Part shown: piece by piece, positions 56,863 to 64,000 of the stretch
Numbering within the stretch: the first letter of the stretch is position 1
Layout: each line of letters starts with the position of its first letter
Assembly: GCA_001189075.1 (NCBI GenBank)
Contig: LFCN01000006.1
Location: forward strand, 460,866 to 524,865
DNA: 64,000 nt
Direction: 5' to 3'
DNA from: Parcubacteria bacterium C7867-004
GTDB taxonomy: Bacteria > Patescibacteriota > Minisyncoccia > Phycocordibacterales > Phycocordibacteraceae
Program-made: the position numbers and the translations under genes
Notes under the pieces: model-generated
What the model was told of the DNA's origin: nothing
Seen by the model: the letters and a program-made list of their open reading frames with translations, nothing else
The model's database searches: none

Positions 56863-56941
56863 GCGAAGTTGTGTATATTGTGTGGAGAAATCGGTAGTTT
56901 GTGTCTTGTAGGCGCATACGCGCCAGTGCTACCATGCATAC

Positions 56942-57643
56942 ATGACTCGGCTCGTATCACTCACTCAAGCCCAGAAGGAAACGCTCACGCTGATCGAGCG
57001 CAGCATCAGTAGGTCTGGCAAGGCGCCGACCATAACCGAGATGCGCGATGCCTTCAAGCTCCGCTCACTCCGCAGCGTGACTCAGCGCATCGAGAGTCTT
57101 GAGAAGAAGGGCCTTATTAAGCGCGACCGATTCCGTCACCGCGGCATCTCGCTTATCGACGGCGTTGCGTCTCAGCTTTCTTCCGACTTGATACAGGTTC
57201 CCGTTATCGCATCTGCCGGCTGTGACGCCATGGAGGTCTATGCGGAGAATCGGTACGACGAGTACATCATGGTTGATCGCAGCCTCATCAAGGGCCGCAC
57301 GAGCCCATCTATGAATATCGCGGCTGTACGCGCTGTCGGCGATAGCATGCAGGATGCAGGCATCCACAGCGGCGACTACGTCATTGTCGAGGTTACCGAC
57401 CGCGTCGAGAACGGCGACCGTGTCGTTGCGATTCTCGGGAATATGGCGGTTATCAAACGCTTCGATCGCGAAGGCGACGTCGTCTACCTCAATCCGGAGA
57501 ACAAGTACGGCACGTATCACCCGATCGTCGTCCGCGAGGAAGACTCGCGCATCTTCGGCAAGGTCCTCTCCATCATTCCCGGCACTGAGTGGGTGGATGA
57601 CATAAAGGTTGAGTACTACACGGAGTACGAGCAGGCCCGTTAG
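56942..57643 (+). CDS. lexA: LexA repressor
   Basis: N-terminal winged HTH, Ala-Gly cleavage region, S24 peptidase Ser/Lys dyad (GDSMQDAGI ... VIKRF). Confidence 0.9.
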   Translation: MTRLVSLTQAQKETLTLIERSISRSGKAPTITEMRDAFKLRSLRSVTQRIESLEKKGLIKRDRFRHRGISLIDGVASQLSSDLIQVPVIASAGCDAMEVYAENRYDEYIMVDRSLIKGRTSPSMNIAAVRAVGDSMQDAGIHSGDYVIVEVTDRVENGDRVVAILGNMAVIKRFDREGDVVYLNPENKYGTYHPIVVREEDSRIFGKVLSIIPGTEWVDDIKVEYYTEYEQAR

Positions 57644-57720
57644 TTAGTTAATCTTTATATAAATGAAAACACCGGATCCTTAGAGGATTCCGGTGTCGGT
57701 GGAGCGGGGAGTCCGGTCGA

Positions 57721-58119
57721 CTACCCTTCGACGTCGGGCGCCAGACGGTCGAGCCGGTCGGCCAGCATGTCGCCGGTGGCGGTCGCGCTGAGGCAGTGGC
57801 AGAACGCCTGGTGCATGTCGGCCTTGCTGAGGCTCATCGCATCGATCACGCCGCCCGCGGTGCCGTTCGTGGCGACGCCGACGCTGGCGAGGGCTTGGTC
57901 GACGGGCTCGAGCACGGTGCCGGCGACCAGCATGGGGCGGAGCGTCTGCAGCGACTGGAGTTCGATGTCGGCGATGGCGTTGAACCTGGTCGAGCCGTGG
58001 TTCGCGCGCAGCGAATTCGACACGTGGGCGAAGAGTTGGCTGCGGCTCAGGGTGACAGCGGCGACGGGCGCGGAAGCGGCCGTGATGCGGTCCCGGACTT
58101 CAGACATGATGGTCTCCAA
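57721..58119 (-). CDS. hypothetical protein encoded in a very GC-rich segment (ATG start probably 12 nt inside the track's TTG start)
   Basis: ORF with GGAGA SD before the internal ATG (MSEVRD...); local GC visibly higher than neighbours; no family recognised. Confidence 0.4.
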   Translation of the reverse strand: METIMSEVRDRITAASAPVAAVTLSRSQLFAHVSNSLRANHGSTRFNAIADIELQSLQTLRPMLVAGTVLEPVDQALASVGVATNGTAGGVIDAMSLSKADMHQAFCHCLSATATGDMLADRLDRLAPDVEG

Positions 58120-58313
58120 TCGATTCGATGATGTACAGCGAGTCTATCGCCGAGATCCTAAGAACAAGCGCCCTTGTGATCTGATAAAAAATCTAGCACT
58201 GGATCGGACATGAAGCAAGATAATTTCTATACGTCAAATTGCGCATCGTGTTGTACTTTTCATAAATCTATTGCACACTCAGACCGACTCTCATAGTAGC
58301 TAAGGAGGCGAAC

Positions 58314-59795
58314 TTGGGAGATGCAACCACACCATCGGTCGCGTTCTCGAACGCCTCCGAAGCTCTTTCACAACTGGGAATTCCCGATATCCTGCCGACT
58401 CTTCACCAAGCAGGCGTCGCGATCAAGCGATCTATCCTGGGCGGAAGCCATTCGGTAGTAACCTACCCACCGCTCAACGCGCTCTCAAAGGTAGAGGATT
58501 CAAGCGCGCTTTCATCCATCATTCGATATGGCGCGCAAACGAGCCTGTACATTCATATCGCATTCTGCGAGACCGAGTGTACGTTCTGCCACTACGCAGT
58601 TCGCAAATACCGCGGGCAGGAGAAAAGCTCGCAGAAAAAGACGGATGACGTTGTTCGCTACCTGTCGGCGCTTGAGAAGGAGATCGAATCTTGGGGCCGA
58701 AAGCTCCACGAATCCGGAACTACTATTTCATCCGTCTACATCGGCGGCGGCACGCCACTCATCCTTGAGACCGAGCAGCTGCGTTCGCTCTTAGCGAAAA
58801 TCTGCGAAGAGTTCACGCTTGTCTCCGGAATCGAGATCTGCGTGGAAGGAAGTCCTCTTACCATCCTCGCGCCCGGCGGCCATGAAAAGCTGCAGGCACT
58901 AAAGCTGGCAGGAGTGACTCGCTTCAGCTTTGGGGTCCAGTCTTTCAACAACGAGGTCCTAAAGAGAGCTGCGCGCGGCTATAAGCGCGCTCAGGCGTAC
59001 CAAGCCTGCATGATCGTGAACTCGGTCTTCGAGAACTGGAACCTTGATCTCATTCAGTCCCTCTACATGGGGACGCCGGAGGAGGTCTGGGAGAATCTCG
59101 AAATACTGCGTCTCGTGCGCCCTCCGCACATAACGTGGTATCACGGACGCTTTGCCGCTCGCCCCCAAGGCGATTGGCTCAGCGTGGAAGGGAAGCGCGA
59201 GCACTTTGAAGGGGAGTTAAGTACCCTGCTCGGTCGGATGCTCATCTGGCGGACGCTTGTCGATGAGATGGGCTACCACCAGGTCGACGGCAATCGGTTC
59301 GTTCGGGACCCTGAGTTCGAGGATCCGTTTAAGAAGACACGGACTTCGGTTGGGAATGATCTGCTCGGTCTCGGCGCGTCTTCGTACTCGCATGTGGACG
59401 AGCGAACGGGTCAGGACCCGTTCTTCGCCGGCTGGTTCTTCCGGAACCATACGGACATCGCTGCGTATGTTGAAGCGATGGAGTCCGGACGGATCCCGAT
59501 TGGAACCTGCATGCCGTTCACACCGGCAGAGCACCTTGCGGCGTCCTACGTCATAGGGCTTCGCACGGGACGAACGGAGACCGAGTACGACCGCAAGGTT
59601 GCGATCGAGGAACCAACCCTCGCCGCGCACTACCGAACGCTCGTAGGAGGACTTGAGGCGCTCGGCTTGCTTGAACGCTTCCAGGACGGGTCAAATGACG
59701 TGCTCCACTTAACACTCCTCGGAAGACTCTTTGAGGATGAGATCCTGAGCGCGTTCTACAGCCCCGACGTGCTACAGGCGCTTTCCCGGCGCTAA
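58314..59795 (+). CDS. radical SAM protein, HemN/HemW-like (oxygen-independent coproporphyrinogen-III oxidase family)
   Basis: CxxxCxxC radical-SAM motif (CETECTFCHY) in an (alpha/beta)6 core, HemN-like C-terminal domain; TTG start 6 nt after an AAGGAGG SD. Confidence 0.75.
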   Translation: MGDATTPSVAFSNASEALSQLGIPDILPTLHQAGVAIKRSILGGSHSVVTYPPLNALSKVEDSSALSSIIRYGAQTSLYIHIAFCETECTFCHYAVRKYRGQEKSSQKKTDDVVRYLSALEKEIESWGRKLHESGTTISSVYIGGGTPLILETEQLRSLLAKICEEFTLVSGIEICVEGSPLTILAPGGHEKLQALKLAGVTRFSFGVQSFNNEVLKRAARGYKRAQAYQACMIVNSVFENWNLDLIQSLYMGTPEEVWENLEILRLVRPPHITWYHGRFAARPQGDWLSVEGKREHFEGELSTLLGRMLIWRTLVDEMGYHQVDGNRFVRDPEFEDPFKKTRTSVGNDLLGLGASSYSHVDERTGQDPFFAGWFFRNHTDIAAYVEAMESGRIPIGTCMPFTPAEHLAASYVIGLRTGRTETEYDRKVAIEEPTLAAHYRTLVGGLEALGLLERFQDGSNDVLHLTLLGRLFEDEILSAFYSPDVLQALSRR

Positions 59796-59802
59796 CTAAC
59801 CA

Positions 59803-59838
59803 CCATGAGCCTTCAAACTCGTGGTGTTTTTCTTTATT
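59803..59838 (+). terminator. Rho-independent terminator after the radical-SAM gene (caccatgag ccttcaaa ctcgtggtg TTTTTCTTT)
   Basis: 9-bp stem (one G-U) plus T-run. Confidence 0.55.
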
Positions 59839-59850
59839 TGAATGAAATAG

Positions 59851-60327
59851 GGAAGTAGCACTTCCCTAGCTCCATACAGAGAAATCGGGGAAGTGGTCAT
59901 AGAACTTTTTTAGTGACACATACAGAGCAGTCTACGAGGACTGATAGCTGTCTCTATGACTGATGACGACCGACTCTGTAGTCCTGAAGAAAGGGAATTA
60001 CGCACATTCGAGCGAGGCAAGATACGGCCCACTTTCTCAGTCTCCTTGTACTTTGTTACGTAAAAGGTATATTGTGCGCACATTAAAACCGCTTCCCTGA
60101 AGGCCTTTAATGAGCTTCTTGGCCTCGTGACTTACCCCTCTACAATGCGCCCTCTATTCCCTTCACGGTCGATCAGATCAGGTTAGTCTCTCCTGTATCT
60201 GAAGCTAGGAATAAATTTGTAATACTGAAAAAGACAAAAATAGAGCACTTCCCCGAAACTCGAAAAATGGCCTCCGGGGAAGTGGTTTTCCATGAAAGAG
60301 AAAATCTGCTAGAGAGCCACTTCCCTG
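59851..60327. repeat. Five copies of a 9-10-nt motif GGGGAAGTGG (forward) / CCACTTCCCC (reverse) in a low-GC noncoding region, including a perfect palindrome GGGAAGT-AGC-ACTTCCC
   Basis: Copies at ~59851-59867 (palindrome), ~59888-59897 (F), ~60246-60255 (R), ~60277-60286 (F), ~60318-60326 (R); found by eye. Confidence 0.6.
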
Positions 60328-60570
60328 TCCTAATGCGACAGACCCTGGCAATGAATAACATCGCCAGGGCCGTAAGGGTTTGATGGGAACGTCTGTGTTG
60401 TAGGCCTGACCGAGCCATCAGACGCGGCGAATGGGCCGTTAGCACGTGGCCTAGGTCAGACGGAAAAAGAAGCGACTCATGTGCGTCTCCCTGGTTTTCA
60501 TGTCACAGCGACATGATCTATTCGAATACTGTCGCATGTATGCAAAGCCGTCAAGAAACTTTCTCTCAAG

Positions 60571-60595
60571 AAAAAACCGCCCTTCAGAGCGGTTG
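60571..60595 (-). terminator. minus-strand Rho-independent terminator (AACCGC-loop-GCGGTT then UUUUUU on minus strand)
   Basis: Plus strand reads aaaaaaccgcccttcagagcggtt; located right after the stop of the 48-codon minus-strand ORF. Confidence 0.55.
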
Positions 60596-60731
60596 TGTGC
60601 GAAGTCGTTGCCGGAGGTTATCGTCGACATCCTCCGGTGCGAGTGCGGCGCGGACCTGGTGCGCGATGATATACACATCGGAGTCAGGTTCGTCCTCTTC
60701 CCTGTCCGGCTGTCTTTCATCAGAAGCCATG
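60585..60731 (-). CDS. small acidic protein, 48 aa (MASDERQPDREEDEPDSDVYIIAHQVRAALAPEDVDDNLRQRLRTQPL), not in the ORF track
   Basis: Hand-translated minus-strand ORF with AAGGGAAG SD-like sequence upstream and a canonical terminator immediately after the stop; coordinates +/-2 nt. Confidence 0.4.
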
Positions 60732-60882
60732 GGCTTCCCTTTCAGTTACTGGTGTCGGACCAGCGGCCATTGGTGACCGGAACGGTTTCTGTAAGAGAAA
60801 GCTGTATGGAAGCCATCTCCCCAACGGGAAGGTGCCGCAGATCCGACTAGAGAGTTATAGCACACTCTCGTTCTCGGTTCTT

Positions 60883-60911
60883 TTGACGATTAGTAATTGA
60901 TAGTGCATAAT
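60883..60911 (+). promoter_or_regulatory. sigma-70-like promoter TTGACG-17nt-TGcATAAT upstream of the gene at 60945
   Basis: Near-consensus -35, 17-nt spacer, extended -10; followed by an AGGAGA SD 7 nt before the ATG. Confidence 0.5.
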
Positions 60912-60944
60912 ATTTAGGAAGTTCCCAGCACATAGGAGATCTGA

Positions 60945-61202
60945 ATGACCGCTGTTATCAGCGAAGACCTTCTCGAACGGGCAGCCGAAGCGCGTGCGCG
61001 AATGCCGCTCCGTTCTATGGTCGCCCGCATCGCGATTGCAGTATTCAACGGCGATAAAGAGATCACGCTTGTAGATGCCAAGGTGTGGGCGAATGAGAAA
61101 ATCGTGCGTGGACTGCAGCTCTACGGCACGCAGTGGACGAAGATCTTCCTGGATCAGCCCCAGGACAAGGCCGACGCCATCATTCACGCCTTGTGCGACT
61201 GA
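60945..61202 (+). CDS. hypothetical small protein (85 aa)
   Basis: Good promoter plus SD upstream and a terminator downstream; no family recognised. Confidence 0.5.
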   Translation: MTAVISEDLLERAAEARARMPLRSMVARIAIAVFNGDKEITLVDAKVWANEKIVRGLQLYGTQWTKIFLDQPQDKADAIIHALCD

Positions 61203-61203
61203 C

Positions 61204-61236
61204 CCCGCCCTCCCTACGGAGCGGCGGTTTTTTCTT
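61204..61236 (+). terminator. Rho-independent terminator (ccgccctccctacggagcggcgg TTTTTT)
   Basis: GC-rich hairpin plus T6 immediately after the stop of the 60945 gene. Confidence 0.55.
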
Positions 61237-61357
61237 ACTTTGTCGCGATGATGATCACCTGCATCAGGCTGATGAGGGTGCTCGCGAAGCCGGTCCAGAA
61301 CGCATAGACCTCGAGACCGGGCTTAGATGCGCGCGCGTGCTTCCGGTGCTTTTTCAT
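61235..61357 (-). CDS. mini membrane protein, 40 aa (MKKHRKHARASKPGLEVYAFWTGFASTLISLMQVIIIATK), not in the ORF track
   Basis: Hand-translated; a basic N-terminus plus one TM. It is a paralogue of the upstream 51-aa ORF (shared core VYAF-TG--ST-ISL---I-IA-K) and is last in the minus-strand operon. Confidence 0.5.
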   Translation of the reverse strand: MKKHRKHARASKPGLEVYAFWTGFASTLISLMQVIIIATK

Positions 61358-61375
61358 ACGTAAACGATACCACGC

Positions 61376-61531
61376 CTACTTCATTGCAATGAGTATCAGG
61401 TGTGCAAGAGAGATCATCGTGCTCATGAGTCCGGTATAGAACGCGTACATCTGGAGGCGCTTGGCGCGCTTAGTGTGCGACTTTCCGAGCGCCATCCCGA
61501 GCAGATGCTTTTGGCTGAAGTCGAGTCCCAT
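61376..61531 (-). CDS. mini membrane protein, 51 aa (MGLDFSQKHLLGMALGKSHTKRAKRLQMYAFYTGLMSTMISLAHLILIAMK), not in the ORF track
   Basis: Hand-translated; the ATG lies 2 nt after the LOG gene stop (translational coupling); one TM; paralogue of the downstream 40-aa ORF. Confidence 0.5.
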   Translation of the reverse strand: MGLDFSQKHLLGMALGKSHTKRAKRLQMYAFYTGLMSTMISLAHLILIAMK

Positions 61532-61533
61532 AG

Positions 61534-62334
61534 TTAACACTTAACGGTCTTAATGATGTAGTCATACGCCTCGTCCACCGTATCGACTACCTGGAAGAGC
61601 GCGAGGTCCGCTTCGTCTATCGTATGGAACTTTCCAAGGAGATGATTGCGGAACAGGTCGACGATTGGATCCCAATAATCCTTTCCATAAAGGACGATCG
61701 GCACTTGCTGGATCTTCTTCGTCTGGACGAGCGTGAGGATCTCGGTGAACTCATCAAGCGTGCCGTATCCTCCCGGGAAATAGACATAGATCTCCGACGC
61801 GAACGCGAGCATAACCTTGCGCACGAAGAAGTGGTCGAAGACGAAGGACTCCGTAAGGTACGTGTTCAAGGACTGATGATCGGAGAGGCGGATATTGAGC
61901 CCGACCGAGGCACCTCCCGCCTCCCCCGCTCCCTTGTTCCCTGCCTCCATGATGCCGGCGGATCCTCCGGTTATAACCGCGTAGCCCTGCTTGGCAAGAC
62001 GACCTGCGAGCGAGACTGCCGCTTCGTAATATGGGTCTCCCGGCTTCGTACGAACGCTTCCGAATAAGGTTACGGCCAATCCGTAATTGCGGAGCAGATC
62101 GAACCCTTCCACGAACTCCGACATGATCTTGAACACGCGCCAGCTCTCGAGTTTTCGGGGCTTACAGACGAGCGGTGCGGGAGCCGCAGGAACGTCATGC
62201 TTCCCTTCTTCTATAGCGCGCACGAGCACCGTACCCATCTCCCGATGATGCTCATCAACGCTTCCTGCATCTGCCGCGTTAGGCACGATGAGGTCTTCGG
62301 ACTTCGGCATGTTTATGAGCGGCTGGTCTCCCAT
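61534..62334 (-). CDS. LOG-family protein (cytokinin riboside 5'-monophosphate phosphoribohydrolase-like / nucleotide 5'-monophosphate nucleosidase) with ~60-aa N-terminal extension
   Basis: LOG signature motifs GGSAGIMEA and PGGYGTLDE. Confidence 0.8.
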   Translation of the reverse strand: MGDQPLINMPKSEDLIVPNAADAGSVDEHHREMGTVLVRAIEEGKHDVPAAPAPLVCKPRKLESWRVFKIMSEFVEGFDLLRNYGLAVTLFGSVRTKPGDPYYEAAVSLAGRLAKQGYAVITGGSAGIMEAGNKGAGEAGGASVGLNIRLSDHQSLNTYLTESFVFDHFFVRKVMLAFASEIYVYFPGGYGTLDEFTEILTLVQTKKIQQVPIVLYGKDYWDPIVDLFRNHLLGKFHTIDEADLALFQVVDTVDEAYDYIIKTVKC

Positions 62335-62924
62335 GGTATCGGATACGTATTAAAGTCGGGCAATAATTGCTTAGTATACGCTATGCGCGCGATGACCTCG
62401 GCATGGCATAGCGCTCCGGTGAGCGCATTATGCGGTTTCGGTTCGCTTGGAACACCGACGTACTTGAGCGCGAAGTCGAGATTGATCGCGGAGTGACCGT
62501 TCTTCGTCGGTGGCACTTCCCCCCGTCGGATCATGTGTGCCCAGACGAGCGTATGAACGTCGAGCGTTCGCTTAGCGAACGGGCATTCGATACCCGCACG
62601 CTTACAGGCCGCCTGTACGCACTCGAGATCGAACGAGGGGTTCTGGGCCGCGAGCGTATGTTCCTTCGGTCTATCGAGCGCCCATGCGACGAATTTCTGA
62701 ATGAGCTCAGCTTCCGTCTGGCGAGCACTGCTCCCTTCCCCTTCGATCTCCTCGCGCGTAAAGCCGTTTATCGCGAGCGCCTCGTCCTCGATCTCCGCAC
62801 CGTCCCAGATCCGACACTCCTCATAGAATTGATTGGTCGGATCGTCGAGATCGAGCGCGCCGAGCGAGAGTATGGAATGCCTCTCGGGTAGGAGTCCGCT
62901 TGATTCAACGTCGAGGACGATCAT
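62313..62924 (-). CDS. DEDDh-type 3'-5' exonuclease (DnaQ/oligoribonuclease-like)
   Basis: Exo I (VLDVESSGL), Exo II (AQNPSFDLE), Exo III with His (HNALTGALCHAE); overlaps the LOG gene start by ~22 nt, same operon. Confidence 0.75.
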   Translation of the reverse strand: MIVLDVESSGLLPERHSILSLGALDLDDPTNQFYEECRIWDGAEIEDEALAINGFTREEIEGEGSSARQTEAELIQKFVAWALDRPKEHTLAAQNPSFDLECVQAACKRAGIECPFAKRTLDVHTLVWAHMIRRGEVPPTKNGHSAINLDFALKYVGVPSEPKPHNALTGALCHAEVIARIAYTKQLLPDFNTYPIPWETSRS

Positions 62925-62933
62925 GCCTCTATT

Positions 62934-63356
62934 CTACAGTCCTTTGCAGGTAGCGGAGGGTTCATACCCGGCGGCCGCCGCTTCCTCTTTAGTCGCGAAC
63001 CAGACCTTGTTCTCTTCCTTTATGCGCTTAACGGACCCACAGGACGGGAGATAGTACTTAGTGCCGTTCTTAGAGGCTACATATACCTTAGGGCCCTCAG
63101 GGACAGCGGGAGCAGGTTTTGTGGGTACCGTAGCCATAATAGCTGCCGCAGGACCTCCTCCGCTCTTCACGGACTGCGGAAGCTGTTCTATCCAGAGATC
63201 ACTCCCTGCGCCTTGCTTAGCCGTATCCTTCCCCGTTATGAAGCCGAGCCCGAAGGCGGCAGAGCTCGAAAGTGCCAAGACCCCTATAATCACTACATCC
63301 GCTGGAATACGGCCAAGAAGCGCCTTGCTCCTGCCTACGGGGTCTGGTATAGTCAT
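62934..63356 (-). CDS. membrane-anchored protein with C-terminal Ada-like metal-binding domain
   Basis: TM anchor (VVIIGVLALSSSAAFGLGFI). The C-terminal segment YYLPSCGSVKRIKEENKVWFATKEEAAAAGYEPSATCKGL fits the Ada N-terminal Zn-binding domain pattern but keeps only 2 of 4 Cys. Start set at the internal ATG (MTIPDP). Confidence 0.5.
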   Translation of the reverse strand: MTIPDPVGRSKALLGRIPADVVIIGVLALSSSAAFGLGFITGKDTAKQGAGSDLWIEQLPQSVKSGGGPAAAIMATVPTKPAPAVPEGPKVYVASKNGTKYYLPSCGSVKRIKEENKVWFATKEEAAAAGYEPSATCKGL

Positions 63357-63383
63357 ACTACATTCAAGGATAGCATCTGATTC

Positions 63384-63665
63384 ATGGCACATACAAAAGC
63401 GGGAGGATCGACAAAGAACGGACGCGACTCAGGACCGAAGTTTCTCGGGGTTAAGCTTGGCGATGGCCAGGCAGCCCGCTCAGGCATGGTTATCGTGCGC
63501 CAGCGCGGCACCAAGATCGAGGCCGGGAAGAACGTGCGCGTGGGCCGCGATCACACGCTCTACGCTGTCGCTGAGGGCAAAGTAGCCTTCCGCAATCGCC
63601 GCAAGACCAACTTCGACGGCCGCACGGTCATCAAGAAGGTCGTCGATGTGCTCGTAGCTGCGTAA
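63384..63665 (+). CDS. rpmA: ribosomal protein L27
   Basis: bL27 signature [24 protein letters not shown]... Confidence 0.93.
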   Translation: MAHTKAGGSTKNGRDSGPKFLGVKLGDGQAARSGMVIVRQRGTKIEAGKNVRVGRDHTLYAVAEGKVAFRNRRKTNFDGRTVIKKVVDVLVAA

Positions 63666-63677
63666 GCCATTCTCCTA

Positions 63678-63718
63678 AAGAAAGAGCCGGGACCCTTGGT
63701 CCCGGCTCTTTCTTTTTG
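63678..63718. terminator. bidirectional terminator between rpmA and rplI (aaagaaagagccgggacc cttg gtcccggctctttcttt)
   Basis: Long perfect inverted repeat flanked by A- and T-runs. Confidence 0.65.
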
Positions 63719-63730
63719 TTGTACCGACTC

Positions 63731-64000
63731 TTATTCCGCTGCAATGACGATCGTGAGCTTTCCGAAGCTCTCACCGATAGCAACCGGTATCTCGAACTCG
63801 CCGAGCTCCTTGATGGGCTTCTCGAGACTGATAGCCTCTACCGGAAGATTCGCTGCCTTTGCGATCTCGCGCGCGTCTACGGCGTCGTAGAGGTGTCCCT
63901 TGTCGTTCGCTTTCTTGGTGATGACGGTCTTCTCCTCAGCGAGTGCTGCAAGGCGCTCCTCAATCAGCTTCACATCGAGCTCCTTGCGATCGATGGTCTG
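63731..64000 (-). CDS. rplI: ribosomal protein L9, C-terminal domain (5' end beyond window edge)
   Basis: C-terminal domain similarity to bL9 (KGHLYDAVDAREIAKA...EKPIKELGEFEIPVAIGE...VIAAE); reading frame stays open to the window end. Confidence 0.7.
   Translation of the reverse strand, partial: QTIDRKELDVKLIEERLAALAEEKTVITKKANDKGHLYDAVDAREIAKAANLPVEAISLEKPIKELGEFEIPVAIGESFGKLTIVIAAE

Noticed and set aside
60173-60850. ORF-track entries 60173..60445 (-), 60451..60720 (-) and 60479..60850 (+) in the low-GC intergenic island
   Set aside because: Translations are low-complexity and Arg/Ser/Cys-rich, there are no start signals, and the reading frames overlap one another. The only convincing coding signal there is the 48-codon acidic ORF with SD and terminator.

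Overview
The window is a 64-kb stretch of a compact, high-GC (~58-60%) bacterial chromosome. It is densely coded, mostly on the + strand, with short intergenic spacers. Many genes appear leaderless: an extended -10 element (TGnTATACT or similar) ends about 7-10 nt before the start codon and no Shine-Dalgarno is present.

Housekeeping content:
- Six aminoacyl-tRNA synthetases: leuS (3' part), alaS (short form lacking the C-Ala domain), tyrS, trpS, an archaeal-type aspS/asnS, and gltX.
- A ribosomal/transcription cluster infA-rpmJ-rpsM-rpsK-rpsD-rpoA-rplQ, then rplM-rpsI, plus rpmA and a partial rplI.
- The grpE-dnaK-dnaJ chaperone genes.
- A cell-wall/division block: PBP5-like carboxypeptidase, mraY, ftsW, murG, uppP, an M23 peptidase, and scpA/scpB.
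- DNA-repair genes: ung, alkA-like, lexA, a DnaQ-like exonuclease.
- tRNA-Tyr(GUA).

Accessory content of note:
- An AT-rich insertion between tyrS and tRNA-Tyr encoding an HTH plus LAGLIDADG-like endonuclease ORF. Its 3' end reads into the tRNA, and its start codon sits inside a ~33-bp palindrome.
- A ~1.1-kb low-GC noncoding region after a radical-SAM gene that carries five copies of a GGGGAAGTGG / CCACTTCCCC motif and a hidden 48-codon acidic ORF.
- A nuclease module: an ATP-cone/Mrr-like fusion, a Cas4-like Fe-S nuclease, and ung.
- An RTX serralysin-type metalloprotease with no adjacent type I secretion genes.
- A secreted Kazal-type inhibitor, and an S8 subtilase with a poly-Gly linker and a peptidoglycan-binding domain.
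- A cysteine-free (zinc-independent) L36 in the canonical infA-rpsM slot.
- A minus-strand operon of DEDDh exonuclease, LOG-family protein, and two tandem mini-membrane proteins.

The lineage cannot be determined from sequence alone. The truncated AlaRS, archaeal-type AspRS, leaderless promoters, the sigma-70-region-4/HARE-HTH fusion and the many secreted proteases are compatible with a Candidate Phyla Radiation (Patescibacteria)-like organism, but that is inference.

Coordinates derived by hand (features not in the ORF track) may be off by 1-2 nt.
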